Shown here: in pieces, positions 61,398 to 64,000 of the stretch
How positions within the stretch are numbered: position 1 is the stretch's first letter
How the letters are laid out: each line of letters starts with the position of its first letter
NCBI GenBank assembly: GCA_016936975.1
Contig: JAFGWU010000036.1
Coordinates: 14,838-78,837, forward strand
Direction: 5' to 3'
Length of the DNA: 64,000 nt
Source of the DNA: Bacteroidales bacterium
Lineage (GTDB): Bacteria > Bacteroidota > Bacteroidia > Bacteroidales > GCA-2748055
Program-made: the position numbers and the translations under genes
Notes under the pieces: model-generated
Databases searched by the model: none
Seen by the model: only the letters and a program-made list of their open reading frames with translations
What the model was told of the DNA's origin: nothing

Positions 61398-63029
61398 ATG
61401 GCAACAGGATTTTTCAATGTACCCAGGGCGGTCAACGAGCCGGTGAAAAGTTATGTACCGGGGAGCACGGAGAGGGCTCAATTGATAAAAACAATCGAAC
61501 AGATGAAATCAGAGGTGATGGATATTCCTATGATCATAAACGGAAAGGAGGTCAGAACTGAGAACCTGATCCCGATCCATCCTCCCCATGACAGAAAATA
61601 TCTCCTGGGTCATTTTCACAAGGGGGATGCCGGTCATGTACAGATGGCCATCAGGGCCGCCCTGGATGCAAAGGAAAAGTGGGCAGCCCTCTCCTGGGAG
61701 CACAGGGCCGGTATTTTTCTGAAGGCGGCCGAATTGCTGGCCGGACCTTACCGGATGAAGATCAATGCAGCAACGATGCTGGGGCAGTCAAAGAACATTT
61801 ACCAGGCTGAGATCGACGGAGCCTGTGAACTGGTCGATTTCTTCAGGTTCAATGTTCAGTATATGACTGAGATTTATGCCCAGCAGCCACTCTCCTCATC
61901 CAGGAGCTGGAACAGGCTTGAGCAAAGACCGCTGGAAGGATTCGTATTTGCCCTGACCCCTTTCAATTTTACATCCATTGCGGGCAATCTTCCCTCCGCA
62001 CCGGCCATCATGGGTAATACGGTGGTCTGGAAATGTTCGAACACACAGGTTTATTCGGCAAAGGTGATTATGGACGTCTTCATGGAAGCCGGCCTTCCGG
62101 ATGGTGTTATCAATCTTGTCTTTGTGTCTGGTCCGGTTGCAGGCAATGAAATATTCACACACCCCGACTTTGCCGGAATTCACTTCACCGGATCGACCGA
62201 GGTTTTTCAGAACATCTGGAAGACCATCGGGAACAATATTCAGAATTATAAATCCTACCCGAGGATTGTCGGAGAGACCGGAGGAAAGGATTATATATTT
62301 GCCCATCCTACCGCTTCCGTCGATCCCCTTGTGGTGGCACTCGTAAGGGGTGCTTTTGAATACCAGGGTCAGAAGTGCTCCGCTGTTTCCCGCGCATACA
62401 TTCCCATGAGCATGTGGCCCGTAGTCAGGGAGAAGCTGAAAGATATGATTGGTTCAATCAAAATGGGTTCACCGGAAGATTTCACCAATTTCTTTAATGC
62501 CGTGATTGATGAAGCCTCCTTCGACAAGCTGGCAGGATATATCGAGAGGGCAAAAAAAGATGCCGACACCGAAGTGATTATCGGCGGCGGTTCTGACAAG
62601 TCGGAAGGATTTTTCATTGAACCAACCGTGATTCTGACCAGGGATCCCAAATATGTCACGATGCAGGAAGAGCTGTTTGGTCCGGTCCTGACCCTTTACG
62701 TCTATGATGATGCAAAAATTGAGGAGACCCTGGATCTGCTGAACGGTACATCGGTTTATGCCCTTACAGGTGCCATCTTTGCCACTGACAGGTATGCTAT
62801 TGAAAAGCTTACAAAGCGGCTGGAAAACACGGCGGGTAACTTTTATATCAATGATAAGCCAACCGGTGCGGTAGTGGGCCGTCAGCCTTTTGGCGGAGCC
62901 CGCGGGTCCGGGACGAATGATAAGGCCGGTTCGATGATTAATCTGCTGCGGTGGGTGTCCCCGCGTACCATCAAGGAGAATTTCCTGCCCCCGGTGGACT
63001 ACAGGTATCCTTTTATGAAAGCGGATTGA
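61398..63029 (+). CDS. pruA: L-glutamate gamma-semialdehyde (1-pyrroline-5-carboxylate) dehydrogenase
   Basis: 543 aa aldehyde dehydrogenase with ETGGKD and YQGQKCSA (catalytic Cys). The FNVP....EPV..Y N-terminus is typical of PruA/RocA. Confidence 0.9.
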   Translation: MATGFFNVPRAVNEPVKSYVPGSTERAQLIKTIEQMKSEVMDIPMIINGKEVRTENLIPIHPPHDRKYLLGHFHKGDAGHVQMAIRAALDAKEKWAALSWEHRAGIFLKAAELLAGPYRMKINAATMLGQSKNIYQAEIDGACELVDFFRFNVQYMTEIYAQQPLSSSRSWNRLEQRPLEGFVFALTPFNFTSIAGNLPSAPAIMGNTVVWKCSNTQVYSAKVIMDVFMEAGLPDGVINLVFVSGPVAGNEIFTHPDFAGIHFTGSTEVFQNIWKTIGNNIQNYKSYPRIVGETGGKDYIFAHPTASVDPLVVALVRGAFEYQGQKCSAVSRAYIPMSMWPVVREKLKDMIGSIKMGSPEDFTNFFNAVIDEASFDKLAGYIERAKKDADTEVIIGGGSDKSEGFFIEPTVILTRDPKYVTMQEELFGPVLTLYVYDDAKIEETLDLLNGTSVYALTGAIFATDRYAIEKLTKRLENTAGNFYINDKPTGAVVGRQPFGGARGSGTNDKAGSMINLLRWVSPRTIKENFLPPVDYRYPFMKAD

Positions 63030-63043
63030 GTATAATAAAAAAA

Positions 63044-63089
63044 CCCCCTCTTCAGCCCATTATGGAATCCCGAAAAAGTGAAGAGGGGG
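63044..63089. terminator. GC-rich hairpin after pruA (11-bp stem, 24-nt loop, no downstream T-tract)
   Basis: CCCCCTCTTCA (63044-63054) pairs with TGAAGAGGGGG (63079-63089). An A-run precedes it, which would be a U-tract only for the minus strand. Confidence 0.35.
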
Positions 63090-63207
63090 ATGCACGAACG
63101 TTGATCCATCTATTAATGTGATGAGTGAATAAAAAATCGCAAAAAAATCCATTTTTTTTGTTAAAAACTTGAATTTTTTTTGCGGGTTAATTCGCTAACT
63201 TCACCTT

Positions 63208-63516
63208 ATGAAGTTCAATCTGACGAACATACCACCCATACTCAGGAATAAATATACCCTGACCATCCTCCTGTTTCTGGTCTGGCTATTCTTTTTCGAT
63301 CAGAACAACCTGGTTGACCGCTACCGGATGGCCCGGGAAATCAGACAGCTGGAAGAGAATAAACAATATTACCTCGAGCAGATCGAAAAAGACTCGACCC
63401 GTCTGCATGAACTGACCACCAACAGGGATAACCTTGAAAAATTTGCCAGGGAACAGTATCTGATGAAGAAGGAGAACGAGGATGTTTTCGTCATTGTTGA
63501 GGACAAACGGAAATAA
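63208..63516 (+). CDS. Septum formation initiator family protein (FtsB/DivIC-like)
   Basis: 102 aa with one N-terminal transmembrane segment (LTILLFLVWLFFF) followed by a coiled coil (IRQLEENKQYYLEQIEKD...LEKFAREQY.MKK..EDV). Confidence 0.75.
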   Translation: MKFNLTNIPPILRNKYTLTILLFLVWLFFFDQNNLVDRYRMAREIRQLEENKQYYLEQIEKDSTRLHELTTNRDNLEKFAREQYLMKKENEDVFVIVEDKRK

Positions 63517-64000
63517 TTCCCCTGTCAATTTTCCTGTATATGGAAAGTATATCAGGAAGCCCGGCAGGATTCTTATCCATCAATCCCCTCTTTTCCAGGA
63601 GTTGCCGGGACGCATCGATAACGGGAATGTCTGCCTGTCCGAAGTTTCTCATATGGTGCAGGTATTTCAGGATGCGCAGCATGTTGAAAAATCTCCAGAA
63701 CCTTTTCATGAAAGCCGGCGCTGAAGCAGTATTGGACACAATTTCAGCCAGCGCATCGCTGAAATTAATCTTTGAAAGGTACTCCCTCAATCCGGGGTGG
63801 AGTGTTTCGAAAGACGGAAGGAGGGATCTTTCTGCTGCGGATTCCCTTATCATGTCGAAAAAACCGGCAATAATTTCAAACGATTCCGGATTGTGGGTCA
63901 GGAAACCAGGTTCCGGACCGGATAAGATGGCCTTGATTGCGGGACCGGTGCCAAAAGGGACCCTTTCTGAAGGCCGTGGAGAAGGAATGATCCTTGTGGA
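63491..64000 (-). CDS. Hypothetical protein, C-terminal 169 codons (open to the window edge)
   Basis: The minus-strand frame is open from nt 64000 (STRIIPSPRPSERVPFGTGPAIKAILSG...) to the stop at 63491-63493. No domain recognised. Its 3' end overlaps the FtsB-like gene by 26 nt. Confidence 0.45.
   Translation of the reverse strand, partial: STRIIPSPRPSERVPFGTGPAIKAILSGPEPGFLTHNPESFEIIAGFFDMIRESAAERSLLPSFETLHPGLREYLSKINFSDALAEIVSNTASAPAFMKRFWRFFNMLRILKYLHHMRNFGQADIPVIDASRQLLEKRGLMDKNPAGLPDILSIYRKIDRGIISVCPQQ

Noticed and set aside
61140-61481. 113-aa minus-strand ORF in the sod/pruA intergenic region
   Set aside because: It overlaps the pruA start and its candidate promoter. It has no signal, motif or coding-like composition and is probably spurious.
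63482-63724. 80-aa plus-strand ORF after the FtsB-like gene
   Set aside because: The minus-strand frame is open for 169 codons to the window edge and is the more plausible coding strand. The plus ORF is short and featureless.

Overview
This is a 64 kb chromosomal segment from a Bacteroidota genome. The phylum call rests on T9SS type-A and type-B C-terminal sorting domains, a gldE-gldD pair, a DUF4290-murA pair, a bS22-like mini-ORF, recurrent TAnnTTTG (-7) promoter boxes and near-absent Shine-Dalgarno sequences. About a third of the window (11.6-29.5 kb) is the str-S10-spc-alpha ribosomal protein supercluster, rpsL through rplQ, including secY, map, infA, rpmJ and rpoA. The flanks are mostly housekeeping: dnaJ-grpE, a UvrD-like helicase, murA, eno, citrate synthase, hisS, hutH, tkt, ychF, ssb, mutY, HU, RNase G/E, a DsbD-like reductase, lnt, SOD and P5C dehydrogenase. 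I saw no rRNA, tRNA, CRISPR array, transposase, integrase, or recognisable defence or toxin-antitoxin island, and no convincing novel multi-gene system. The observations most worth follow-up are: (1) an EF-G paralog divergent from the str operon whose catalytic His after DxxG is Ala; (2) a secreted PafA/NPP-like alkaline-phosphatase-superfamily protein in which the nucleophile and nearly all metal ligands appear substituted, suggesting a pseudoenzyme; (3) a GGGP-synthase (archaeal-type ether lipid) gene translationally coupled to a 4'-phosphopantetheinyl transferase downstream of gldE-gldD; (4) an unlisted 30-aa hyperbasic bS22-like ORF after HU; (5) an OlsF-like fused O-/N-acyltransferase; (6) a likely remnant of an M19 dipeptidase gene; (7) two adjacent secreted proteins of unknown function, one with an extreme Tyr-rich segment. 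All calls come from reading the translations and DNA by eye, with no database search.
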